Source: Camelus dromedarius (Eukaryota). Taken from it: DNA of 64,000 nt. The first letter of the stretch is position 1; each line of letters begins with the position of its first letter. The translations under genes were made by a program, and so were the position numbers. The notes under the pieces are model-generated. The model was not told the DNA's origin and searched no databases. It worked only from the letters and a program-made list of their open reading frames with translations. The stretch spans positions 35,528,001-35,592,000 of the forward strand of contig NC_087436.1 in assembly GCF_036321535.1 (NCBI RefSeq). Direction: 5' to 3'. Shown one piece after another: positions 12,821 through 25,764 of the stretch.

Positions 12821-13280
12821 CTGATTCCTCCTACTTTATTGACCAGCAACATCAAGGATCCAGCCAATGAAAACACTTCATCCAGAGGAGGTTTTGTTAA
12901 ATGGACCACAAATCTTATTACCAGGATGGTCCTATATCAATTTTATGTTTGTGTTCTAAAGCGTAAACAAGTTTAAAAATGCAGGTGATCCTATATAATG
13001 CCTGCGAGTGATATCTGATTGCAACACTCATTTTGTGTTGAAATAACTGGCACACGTAGGCTACATCAGCATCACATTTGTAATGTATATATGTATATAT
13101 ATTTTGAAACTAACATGAGAGGATAGAGATAGAATCAGAGTAATCCTCCCCTATATTTCATTGTCAAAGAACACAAAATTTGGAGTATTTTAGTACTATT
13201 ATTATTGTTATTACCATTATTATGGTATTGTTACTATTTTTATTACCAGGCTTATCATTTTTATTGTTATTTGCAGATTA

Positions 13281-13332
13281 TTTCTGGCTAGTAAGCTAAA
13301 TGATCCTTTCTGGCTAGTAAGCTAAATGATCC
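13281..13332. repeat. Perfect 26-bp tandem duplication
   Basis: tttctggctagtaagctaaatgatcc occurs at 13281-13306 and again at 13307-13332. Confidence 0.97.
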
Positions 13333-16109
13333 TCATCCTTTGAGACCAAGGGAAGATTTACAAAACATTAAAATAATTGTCATAATTAATTAATTTGGGA
13401 TACCAGTTGCCTCATTCAGAAGTGCTACAAATCATATCCATAAATGTAGATTTGAAAGGTCAAGAAACAGAAATTAAGTTCGAACATAAAGATTTCAGGG
13501 GAAAAAAGATGGGATTAAAATTCAAACCTGCAGATAAATTTGGGGAAAAAAAATATTCTCCACACAATAATTTATTTCCTTCTAGTTCAGAAGAATATAA
13601 ATATTTTAAATTACTTACACTACATTGCATTTTAGCATTATTTGCTTCTCTTTTTAAACATAAAGTCTGTGGGCTCTTTACTAGAATTACAAAATTTCTG
13701 CATGTTTATTTCTACAGAAGCTAAATAAAGAGAATAAAATCTACCCCCTGAGAGGTAACCACTGTGTAACTCTGTGGGCGGAAGGAAGGGCCCCTGAACA
13801 CTTAGAGCTGACATCACTCAAAACGCTCTTGGAGGAAAATGGTTTCCGGTTATTCTGGATTCGTTGGAGATCTGCCTGATGGAGTAGGGACGGAGTCAGG
13901 CACCACCCTAGCCCCTGAGCATGGAAGCGGTGCCCACTGTGACAAGGATGCTTGGTCCCTTCTTGGATGGGCCTCTGCTGAAAGAAGTGGTCTGTCACAC
14001 TGAGCGGCACCAAACCCCCCCCAGGCGGACGCTCAGGGCGTGGAGCACACGCGCAGAGTGAACAGAGTGCACTCAGCCTGGAGAGCTGCCGCCCCAGCAA
14101 CTCTGAGCGCCGCCCGCGCGGCCTGCCCTGCATTCCAGAAAACCAAAAAGTGAGAGCCCGATAAGATAACCAGGTAATTAATGAGGCAATTTCCCCTTCC
14201 TGCTCACGTACTGTATTTATTTTTTAATATAGATTCTCATCATCTTAAGCAATAATACACTCTCTTCCTGTAACCTTCAAGAACTTGCCAAGTTGAGCAG
14301 TACAAACATATTACTCACATTTTTTGTGTCTCTTTTTTCAGTTTTTAGCTAACACACGCACAAAAAATCTTGTAAATATTGTCAGCCTTTCCATTTTTTT
14401 CTGGTTTTTCTTTGTTTTGCTTTCTTTTTTTTTTTTTCTTTTTTACAGATGTGACTTTAACTTCTAGTTTTATAATCAGCTTTTTTTTCTTCAGGTTATG
14501 TAAAGTTGACATTTTCCATGGTATCAAATATTCATTTACTATAGTGATTTTTTAAATAATTTTGGCAGTAGGAGTATTTTTTCAACAATATTGCATGTGG
14601 ACCCCAGAATACAAAAAAAAAAAAAAAATAGATAAAAGCTTAGCCATATTCTAACAACATGACACCAGTGGCCTATAATCTCACCCATGTGGTCTCACTC
14701 CATCCTTGACTCATAAATTGTCCAGGAAAGCCTACAGAACATAGGTTAAAAAAAAAAACAAACTTCTGCTGCATCACTTGTAATGCACATATGGCATTAC
14801 ATACTGCTTACTGTTCAATTGAAAACCTTCTTGTACATTTTTTTTAACCTCTTTAGGTAAATTATTCAGATGGCCAGAAGGGAAATCATTAGGCTCAGAA
14901 TTCCATATTGAGCAAAATCATTAATGACTAACTGGCCAGGGTCAGGCACGATGTGAAAACATTTGTTCTGCCAATCTGTTTTATGCCGGATTCTGAGCTA
15001 AAGTATTTTTACAATTTGAGATTTTGGACCTCGTCAGAGAATTCATGTATGCCAAATTGTTATGTAATCATTAAAATAACAAGGCTTTGGAAGCCCTAGG
15101 AGATAAAGTGAGCAATTTTTTGACTTTTTTTTTTTTTGAGATTTTCTTTTGTCTGATCAGGGCAATTCATCTTTTGAATTACCCTGTACCACCATGCAGA
15201 GCATAATTTCCCAATGAAATAGTAAGTCAGCACATTTTCTCCAGGGCATCCTGGCCTTCATCCTGATCATGGTCCCATTTGAAAATAATGAACATCATAA
15301 AGGTCAGTGGGTTTCCCACGGAGCATCTTAGTCTAAAGGTCTAACCAACAATGACCAAGTCACACAGTACCCAGATTGTAAAGATGGTGTCACATTCTAA
15401 AGAGATTTTTCTGTTGGAATATCTGCACATCTCAGTAGGCTAAGAATTCAGATGATTTCTGCCACAATAGATGTCCGGGATTGTCACAAGTTGATGGAAA
15501 AGAGCATGGAACCCTCGTGTTTTAATAGACAGTTAACTTGGGGCAGGTAACTTGGGCTTCTTTTTAATATGACCAAACATACTGCCCACATTTTTTGGCC
15601 AGAACCTCTATCATCTGTTTCTCAGGAAAAACAGTTCTGTGTGTGTGCACAAAGGCTTTATGCAATAAATGTCTTATTTCTTCATATCCTTTCTGTGCCT
15701 TTTATGGAAAAGAATTTTGTCAGACTTCAGTTGATATTTACTTCAGTTTCTAATCAAACAAAGTACATGTATTCAGCATATTCATATTGGTGCTAGACTG
15801 TAAAAGTGGAAAATGCTATCACCCATGCATTTGATTTTGAGTACAGAATCAGAAGTATTCAGTGAATCTTCCGTCAAACAAGAAAGTCCATGACAGACCA
15901 GGGATGTGTTATGAGACATTAAAGAAAGAGGAATTAAGAAATCAAGGGAGAAAATTAGATGATAGAAATAAGAAAAGGAAAAAGAAAAGGAAGCAGATGA
16001 AAATTTGGAAAGCAAGGAGGAAATGAAAATGTTCCTTGGAAATAAAGGCTTGAGCAGAAGTTTAAAGCATGGACACTGAGGTTGATTATGGAAAAATTCC
16101 TTCATCTTT

Positions 16110-16250
16110 GTCCCAGTTTCTTCTGTAAAATGCATCCCACTTACACTATAGAGTTACTCCCAGGAGGAAATGAGAGAATGCAGATACAGCATTTAGCAAA
16201 ATAAAGTGAAGTAGATGTTCAATACATGTTAGCTATTGGCATAAGTTAGA
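16110..16250 (+). mobile_element. MIR SINE fragment
   Basis: cccagtttcttctgtaaaatg...aggaggaaatgagagaatgcagatacagcatttagc...ttcaatacatgttagctatt. Confidence 0.6.
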
Positions 16251-16799
16251 GTAATTAACATTAAGGGTATTATGATTATTTGTATTATTTATAGAATTTA
16301 TATTACTATTTTAACATAATTTTATCTTTCATTTCTAAAACTCAATTATTCTAGGTGTCAAATCTTGCTGTTCTGCCTTTTCTTAAAAATTTTAATACTG
16401 ATCATGAAGTTTATAATATAAAGGATATTAGAAAAACAATTTAGTAACAGTCAAATCAGTTCATAAGCTATGATGGTGATCTTTAGCTAACTCTTTAAAT
16501 CAAACTTTTCCTGTATCAGTAAAGCTGAGATCAATCTCCTGTTTTCCCCTGCTCAAAATGATTTGGATGTCCCAGGATTCTAAAAAAAACATCTAACTCT
16601 CCAGAGACTCTTGTACTCTTCCCTGCCGCCTCTTCTTTTCTTTCCTACTGCAACTTTTAGTTTCTAAAGATCATTCACAAAATTAAAAATCTCATTTTGC
16701 ACAAGTACTCATCTTAGAAGGAGAACAATCTAATCATTCGTTCAGAGGAGCTACCATTTTTAAATTTAAATTTATAACTATATTCTAACCTGATTTTGT

Positions 16800-16916
16800 T
16801 TAGAAAGAGTGCTCTCTGAGGACAGAAGCTACATATTCTTCTTTTATATCCACAATAGTAACCATCTCAAACCTGTCCATAAAGCAGATTGTCAATACAT
16901 ATGAATTAATGAATAA
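16800..16916 (+). mobile_element. L2 3' end
   Basis: gctctctgaggacagaag...tcaatacatatgaattaatgaata resembles the L2 terminus. Confidence 0.5.
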
Positions 16917-19529
16917 TACGCTAGGAAAGAGAAAAGGACAAGAAGCAGAGGTTAATTGCAAAGGTCATTCAGTTTTGGATTCCTAATAAGAATACACTGA
17001 GTCTTTGGGTTCCACCTTTTTTCACTATGACTGAAATGCCAAGTACAAGCTGAACAGTCTGCTAACAATCTGAAAAGAAAATATATTACCATGATTGTAC
17101 AGGGAAACCGGAAGCGATTTTCTCTTGGGTTGGAGGTTTAAACAAACAGGAAGCCCTGTTTAGGATTTGTCTTCATCATCTTTCATCACAAGTCAGCCTG
17201 ACTTCCTGATGAAGAAATGTGGAACTGCTTTCAGATACTCAACCAAAGTGGACAGAAATACCAACCCACCAATCTCCAGCTTTAAATTCAAAGCTGCCAT
17301 TTCTGGCCACCCCATCTCCATCGGACCACAACTCTAAGTAAAATTTTGTCTCAGTCTCTATAAGCAGTGGGCAGAAAACGAGTCTTTGTCAGTTTAAAGA
17401 ATCTCATTTTATTTCTACCGCTGAACATCAAGGGATGAGAAGCAAACCACATAGTAGAAAATAACAATAATCACAGACCCCTTAAAGTTTCGTCTCAGCA
17501 TTAGTCAACTAGTTTTCTGTAGCTATTTGAAAAAATATTATTTATGAAATGAAACTTTAAAGGTTTTAAATCAAAATCTTAGTTATTTCAGGATGAAAAA
17601 TGAACGCTATTTCACAATTTATCTCTAATCCATGTATTCAAAATTTTATATGTATCTACTTTTTGAACTTAGCAATTCCTTCTTAAACTTCAAGCTTCAT
17701 GAAACTATTCAGGTTAAACGGCCATGACTAAAATAACAAATACATCAGTTTTCAGGGAAAAGTAAAACTTGAGGATTTTTAATTCAAATAAATAATTTTC
17801 TACAAAAGGCTTAAGATGAATGAATAATTCTCTTACATGAAGAAACTAACACCAAAGTCTGAATCTGACCTTCCAGGGGATACAAAGTGCAGAAGAATGA
17901 CTAATAGTTTCACTAATATAAAGTAGAAAAATACAAAATCAGGACTCTTACTACTCTAAAAACCATAATGAATTCTCAGTTCACACAGCAGGTTTTTATC
18001 TGCTGGGACTAGATATACCATTATTTGACTTGATGAATTTGCGAGACCTGTTCTTGCTGATGCTTCCAAATAATGGCTTATTCCAAGGTTCCATTCCTAC
18101 AGTACTCTTGAAAATGTTAGGTTAACATAAAAAAGGAAGAGCTATTGTTAATACAAAGAGAAAAAACAAGAGCATATTCATTAAATATGATTTGAACCAG
18201 ACTAATAACAATAAACATCTGCAATTTCAATATATCCTGACTCAAGTTCTAGAAGTCACTGATTAATGTTGAAACCCAGAAGACAATGCTGGCAACTACC
18301 ACATCACAAACATCCCCAATGTTTCTTGAACCCACAGTTCTCTCCCCGCTTACCAAGCCTGTGACAACCACCATTTAGTCTTTTGTACTGTCTTTCAAAA
18401 TTGCATATTTAATATTTATTTTTAAAAAACAAAAGAAGTAAAGTAGAAAGACAAATAAACTTAAACAAAGATGTATAAGTTGTCTAGATGACAATAAAAT
18501 GTACATTGGTTGAGAAACAGATGAATGAATTTCCTTAGAATGATGCAACCCTCCAAAAAAAAAGAAAAAAAAAACCACAGGAGTCATCACCATGGGTGGT
18601 AGGATGCTGAGTTTCCCACAGGAAGCAGCTCAGGTAATTGCTTGTTTGTGTTTGTACTGGGAGGCATTCTATTATGTGCCTACGGGTTTCTTCTATGAGA
18701 AAATTTGCTGCCTGGCTCTTTTTGTTTCAGGCACTTCATAAGCATTTGTCTCCTGTGTTTAGAAAGTCCATCATCTTAATAAGTGTCCTGTAGAAGAAAT
18801 GACTAAATGGGAAATACATGTTGTTGGCAAACAAGCTATATTACTACATAAGAAAAAAGTCTACAAGTAATGTAAAGATGTGAATTCCAAGTTAGAAAAA
18901 TATAGTAACATCTGGAACAATACCACAGATCAGAGAAGGGTTAGGTTATTGGGCCAGTTAAGTTGTCTGGAAGGAATTCCAGTGCTGAGGCCACAGTTAG
19001 GCAAGCTCCACGGAAGGGTGGGATACCTCATCACTGCCTCCATCCCCACGATCCCAGTGAGGTCAGTTAAGAGTTCTACAAATAGCTCTGGCTCGCACAC
19101 CCTGCACCATGCCCTGTGCTACACTATGGGGTGGCAGTATTCACTGTCTGGTCCCTCCTGTCATGGAACTTAAGTCCAGCAAAGAAAACAGACCTGTGGA
19201 CAGATCATTCCAAAGTTAAGGGAGAGCATAATGACAGAGCTACTTCAGTGTGCAGTGGCATCCAAGCCAAAGGCAGCACTTTGTCCAGTATGACGAAGGG
19301 AAGTTCTCTCCCAGAAGGCTCCCCAGAGGAGACAATCCCTGGGCTGAGTTTTGAAGGATAGGATGAAAACGTGCCATGGCAAAGTGAAGATGAGCAGAGG
19401 AACATTCCAAGTTACCAAAGACTGTGAGCAAAGACACATAACTTCCAAAGTAGGGTGGGATGTTCAGGCAACTGCAAGCCATTTAGTATCATTTAGTAGC
19501 CAGGCTATCAATTTAAAAATATACCGGAG

Positions 19530-20325
19530 TATCAGAATGGCCATTATTAAAAAGTCTACAAATAATAAATACTGAAGAGAATGTGGAAAAAAGGGAACCC
19601 TCCTATACTGTTGGTCAGAATGTAAATTGGTGCAGCCACTACGGAGAACAGGATGGAGGTTCCTTAAGAAACTAAAAAATAGATTTACCATATGATCCAG
19701 CAATCCTACTCCTGGGGAAAACTGGAGAAAACTCTAATTCGAAAAGATGCATGCACCGCAATGTTCACAGCAGCACTATTTACAATAGCCAAGACATGGA
19801 AACAACCTAAATGTCCATTGACAGGTGACTGGATAAAGAAGAGGTGGTGTATTTATCCAATGGAATACTACTCAGCCATAAAGAAGAATAAAATAATGCC
19901 ATTTGCAGCAATATGGATGGAACTAGAGATTATCATCTTAAGTGAAGTAAATCAGACAGAGAAAGACAAATATCATACAATATCACTTACATGTGGAATC
20001 TAAAAAAAAAAATGATACAAATGAACTTATTTACAAAACAGAAACAGACTCACAGACATAGAAAGGAAACATACCTACCAAAAGGGAGGAGGGGAGAGGG
20101 ATAAATTAGGAGTTTGGGATTAGCAAATACAAACTACTGTATATAACAAGGTCCTAATGTATAACACAGGGAACTACATTTAATATCTTGCCTTAACCTA
20201 TAATGGAAAAGAATCTGAAAAAGAATATCTATATGTATGTATAACTGAATCACTATGCTATATACCAGAAACTAACAAAACATTGCAAATCAACTATATT
20301 TAATAATAAAAACAAATAAAGAATA
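19530..20325 (+). mobile_element. 5'-truncated lineage-specific LINE-1 (ORF2 end plus 3'UTR)
   Basis: Peptides [12 protein letters not shown] and [20 protein letters not shown]...MEYYSAIKKNKIMPFAAIWMELEIIILSEV; 3'UTR homologous to the 6908-8815 copy; A-rich tail. Confidence 0.95.
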
Positions 20326-21234
20326 CATCCCTGCAAAAAAAAGAAAGCCAGGATATAAATTTTTTAATTTAATGCTAAAGAGGCTACAAGGGCCTGGGCC
20401 TCAGAGAACATGTGAGTCACACTGAGGAGCTTAGGTGTCATCCAGTGGGTGCTGGGAAGCACCTGGAAAACAAAACTCCTCCAGTCCCTTCACTGTCCCT
20501 CCCTTGTTGTTGCCAGCACACAGGACAGTCATGAACCCACCACCTCAGAAAGTGGTGGGGGGGTGAGGGGGTGGAGAGAGACCCCCCCTGTTCCTTCTCT
20601 CCCTGCTGCCATACCTGGATTAATATTAACTCTGCTCCCTTTCAGCTCATTGGATTGAACACAGGGTATTTAGGACACAGAAGAAAAGTTAATGAGCATC
20701 ACAGAGAAGCAATATTGGAAGAAATGTCAATTCTACTACAAGGCAAGGTGAGGGGATGTATCAATAGCTAGAAAGCAGAAAAAGGAAATGTAGTAGGAGT
20801 AAAGGAGCAGGTGCATGCAGAGGAATGTGTCAGATCTGCAAGTATGAGAGGATGAAGATCCAGAAACACGTGGGTGAACATACAGGTCATGGTAAGAGAG
20901 CATTCCTAGGTTTGTTCCACACATCAAATAGTGTTCTGATGCTTAAAGAAGTGATTGCTATACATATTGTAGGAGGTGTAATTATCATGAGACCGATTCC
21001 GAAATCCTCACATGGAAATCAGTCCTTCTATTTTATAGGCTATGCTCTATATCCACACATAAAAAATAAATTAACCAGAAGAGGAAAAACAATCTATTTG
21101 GAAAAGGTGAGTGACAGTGTTGATCTGAGAAAACTAAAAGAAGAAGAAATACAAACTCCAGCTATAATACTGCAGGATCTTTAGTGAGTGTTACAATGTG
21201 CTACTCTGGGGACCCTGCTAAGGGCCTTAACTGT

Positions 21235-21400
21235 ATCTCATTAAGTCTGCAAACAGCCCTACTACTAATTCCCCCATTTTACAAATGAGAAAACTAAGGC
21301 TTGGAAAGGCTGAGCAGCAGAATTGCTGCACGAAAGTCAGGCAGGTAATAAATGGCAGGACCCGAATTGGAACCCAAGGGTCAGAATCCAGGCCTGCTGA
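21235..21400 (-). mobile_element. MIR SINE
   Basis: tctcattaagtctgcaaacagccct...cccattttacaaatgagaaaactaaggctt...aaatggcagga...ggaacccaagg. Confidence 0.75.
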
Positions 21401-23264
21401 GTTTCGGAAAGGGGCTGCTCTACCAAAGAGAGAAACTCCAGGCATTTATTGAAGCAATGCAACCCAAAGTAATAACCCCAAAGGCTTCCCTGGACAAATA
21501 TGTCATGAAAAAAGAAAAAAAAGCTAGCTTTAATTCTCAGAATGGCTTTGTTAAAACTACACTGACATTGGTGCTGTCTTCCACCATGCTCCAAGCCTAG
21601 TACCATCGGTTACGAAGCATAAATAACCTGTTACCAATAAAAAACCAAATTCTGCAGGGAGAAAACAATTTTGCACATCTAGAAAGAAGCTACAAACAAT
21701 ATGCCCTACTTTATGTGCATAAACATATCCTTCCATCTAAAAAAAAACATAATGACATGCACGTGAGGTCTGGCTACAAAAGAAAGGAATTTGCCTTAAG
21801 TCACAGCAGAGCAAGTGGAAAAATCACTTTGGAGAAGGTCTTAAACTTCTAATTAGCTCTATTTTTCAATTAGCTAAAGAAAGAGAGTAGCCAATTACTT
21901 TGACCAGGAGTTTATTTAGTCAATGCTTTTTATTCAAAGTTAATAACCGCTCACAGCTTCATGGTGCTGAATGGTAATTACATCTGGGCAGAGTTAATGT
22001 GGCTATTGGTCTGACTTCTCTATGAAAAGACACTGCCCTGAATATTGTTGCATTATACAAACTATGGTTTAACTCAAACATGGAATAATGTTGACTGTAA
22101 GAAGAAAAGTCTCTAAATCATTATTTTTACACTTCTAATGTCTACATTAATCCTTTTAATGAATAATACCTTTATTATAATTATTAATTCTTGTTGGTGG
22201 CTGATGAGATAAAAAATCTTAAAATTCATTCAGTAGTCTTTGTCAAATGGCTGAAGTACAATAGAGGATGTTTTCGTGATAAATAAGGCACTGAACTGGA
22301 AATCAATGACCTTATGATGTTGTCAGGGCCTCTTTTTATCTAATAACTCTCATAATCAAAGCACAAATATTTTTAAAAACTTGTAGGCAGATCTTTCACG
22401 ATACCTCTAAGCAAGGTTTATCTCCTATGGGACACCTTTGTTCTCTTTTCAGTATATCTTCACCATATTAAGAAACTCAGCCCACATAATAAGATTTCTA
22501 TTTCTAAAACGGTGGTAAATATGATGCTTGACATTTTTACTTTTTATTTCTAAATGCAGCTAAGTTCTAAGTATTCCTGTGGAGGAAGAAAACCCACAAC
22601 AGAAATTACGTGCTTTTCTTAATTTAAAATGTTACATCTTCAAGTCATACTTTCCCCAATGAAAACACATCCAATTGTTGACACTCTCTACTCAAGCTGA
22701 AATGGCACAATCATTTCAAACCCCTGAGTTTAAAATTGAAATGTCTTTTTCTTCCTCCAGAAAAGAAAGAACCACCCTATGATTAAAACTTCCCACAGAT
22801 GCTTTTAAAGTGCTTGAACTTAAAAAAAAAAAAAAAAAGTTCTCCTCTATTTTTAACAGGAACTACCCTTCCCACACAGACGCAGACGCCATACCTGCTC
22901 TGTGAGCACTAAGGAGTTGAGTTCTTTGCCACAGTAGCCTTTCTCCCCGCCCCCACCATCGCCCACTCTTCCCCGGAGTACAAGTGGACAGCCACCTTTG
23001 AGGATTTCCTATTTTGTTCCACTGCCCCCTCCAACACTGGTTCCTTTCCCCTTTCCAGCTGTGGCTTCCCTCAAATTGCTGAGCTGCACAGAGTGTCCTC
23101 TTAACCCCGCATTAGTTGCCATAGGAAATTAAGTCTTTAGATGATATAATGTCTACCACAAAATCACCCACTCCAATCTTTTCAAACAAGAATATCTCTG
23201 AATTGCTTCTGAAGTCACTATGTGTCCATCTAGAAAGACTTTGTTAGGCCACTGTCATTATTAA

Positions 23265-23560
23265 ATTTTATATTTACCCAGTACTTACTGAGCATCTATA
23301 TTACGCTGGTCACTTTACTAGGCCTTGCAGGAGAAAACTCATGAAATGACAATGTGACTGTCCTCTGGGAACTCAGTCTAGAGGAAGTGGAGACAGGCCT
23401 ACATACACCTTATACCAGGAAATGCTACGAAAGTACCAACCAGGGCGAAGATGAAAGGCAGAGGTGATGGGAGGGTCAGGAAGAGAGCTGACATTGCCAA
23501 GGAAAGGTTTCATTGATATTTTGAGATTCGGCTAACTGAAAGATCAAAAAGCACAAAAAT
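23265..23560 (-). mobile_element. L2 fragment
   Basis: cagtacttactgagcatctatatt...ctaggcctt...ggaactcagtctagagg is the reverse of the L2 3' end. Confidence 0.6.
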
Positions 23561-23929
23561 ATTGAATGAAGTAAAGAGGGACCACAATTCCAAACAACCA
23601 GAATACAAACTGGCATTCTTCTTTGGAATAAGGATTGGTCTAACAATACCTAAGTGTTTCTAGCTCTGGGGGAAATTCCTGAGAAATATAATAAAGATTT
23701 ATAGAAATCAGGTTTTAAATAATGGTCACTGAAAGGCATAAACTATGTGTCCCCAGGGACCTGGATGAGCCTGGACCTCCTCTCTAGCTTACTTCCACTC
23801 TAATTGTAACAAGCTACTCTTATAAATTGGTGCCACTCTCCCTTCAGACAAAGCTCCTTTGGCTCGGGTTTAATGAGGCCATGATAAGACCTTCACCCTA
23901 TTTTTAAAGAGCTTCACCGCATTCAACCT

Positions 23930-25670
23930 TCCCTCAACAAACATTTGCTAAATACCCACTACCGGCAAGGCTCTGGGCTAAGAGATACAAAGAGAAGCAA
24001 AATACCATCCTTACTTTTAAGGAGCTCACGGGGGAGGGGCCCACCCGTAACTAGTGACACAGAATGAGAGAGGTATTGAAGATGTAGGGAAAGGAACTGC
24101 AGACAAACAAGGGAGGAGGCATTTAAATGGAGGAGGGAAGGAGGGAATGGAACCCTCCTACACTGTTGGTGGGAATGTAGCTTGATGCAGCCATTATGGA
24201 AAACAGCATGGAGTTCCTTAAAAAACTAAAACTAGACTTACCATATGATCCAGCAATCCCACTCCTGGACATATATCCAGAGAAAATTCTAATTTGAAAA
24301 GATACATGCACCTCATTGTTCATAACATTACTATATAATAATGCAACAATCAAGACATGGAAGCAACCTAAATGTCCATTGACAGATGACTGGATAAAGA
24401 AGATGTGGTATATATACACTATGGAATACTACTCAGCCACAAAAAAGAATGAAATAATGCCATTTGCAGCCACGTGGATCAACCTAGAGATTATCATATT
24501 AAGTGACATAAGTCAGACAGAGATAGACATATATCATATGATTTCACTTATATATGGAATCTTAAAAAATGATGTCAATAAACAAAACAGAAACAGATTC
24601 ACAGACATAGAAAGCAAACTTACAGCTACTGGGGGAAGAGGGTGTGAAGGGATAAATTGGGAGTTTGAATTTTGCAGATACTACCTACTATATATAAGCT
24701 AGATAAACAAGGTCCTACTATATATAGCACAGGGAACTATATTCAGTATCTTGTAGTAACCTATAATGAAAAAGAATATGAAAAGGAATATATGTATATA
24801 TATGTATGACTGAAACACTATGCTGTACACCAGAGATGGACATATTGTAAACTGACTATACTTCAATAAAAAATAAATAAATAAGATGATAAATGGAGGA
24901 GGGGGAGAGAGAAATATTCCAGGGAGACCTCACAGGAAGGTGACTCTGAAGAGCATCTAGAAGTCTGCTTTCCATTTTCCTACAGAACAGTACTAAATTT
25001 CTTGGAATAAAGGCAAGAGCCAGAGTTTACAGAGTCCAGTTAGAAGAGTTAAATATGCTCTGTAAAGGGATTTATACTTTATCCTCCAGGCATGAGGAAG
25101 AAATTTAAGCTACTGAAGAAGTTTAAACAAAATGAATGTATATACTTATGTATACTATATTTATATGTACACACATATAAAGTGAATGGATATTTATGTT
25201 CTCTATATTTAATACCACAAACATATAATTTAATGTTCTAATTAATGTATTAATTACATATATATGCAATTACTCTCACAAATCAGTGCAAGATGAATGG
25301 GAGAAATAAACCTAAAAGCAGGAAGATGGCTGAGGAGACTATTCCAGTAGTTCAAGTAAGAGATGAGGGAGATTTGAAATGAGTGAAAATTGGAATTGAG
25401 AGAAAGGGATGGAGAAATGCTTCAGATGTTTAATTGAGAAATCTTGATTGCCAATTGCATGTGTGAGGCTGAAAGACTAAGAAAAATCCAGGAGGACCTC
25501 CTGGTTTCTGACTTGGAGAGAAGGCAGTGCAGAATTGCTAGTAAGGTATACACTGAGCATAACAGAGGTGGAACTGTTGGAGGAGGAAGAAAATAAATTG
25601 ACTGAAGCTTGTTAACTATGAGGTACCATGGATCATTCAAATGGATTCACCCAGCAGATACCTGGAAAAA
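23930..25670 (-). mobile_element. L2 element interrupted by a younger L1 insertion
   Basis: caacaaacatttgctaaatacccactac...ggagctcac on the left; continues after 24904 with gatttatacttttatcc...gagactattccagtagttcaagtaagagatg...ctcctggtttctgacttgg. Confidence 0.65.
24138..24889 (+). mobile_element. 5'-truncated lineage-specific LINE-1 with 14-bp target-site duplication
   Basis: ORF2 C-terminal peptide (KTWKQPKCP...[16 protein letters not shown]), 3'UTR and (AAAT)n tail; TSD taaatggaggaggg at 24124-24137 and 24890-24903. Confidence 0.97.
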
Positions 25671-25764
25671 TTTATGGCAACATTTCTGCTCCCCACACAA
25701 AGGTACATGGGGGAAGTAGAGAAAACAATCCAGATTGATTTTGGCTTAGACTAAAAACATTCAA

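Noticed and set aside
13741..14133. 130-aa minus-strand ORF
   Set aside because: Low-information composition over a GC-rich patch, with no recognisable homology.
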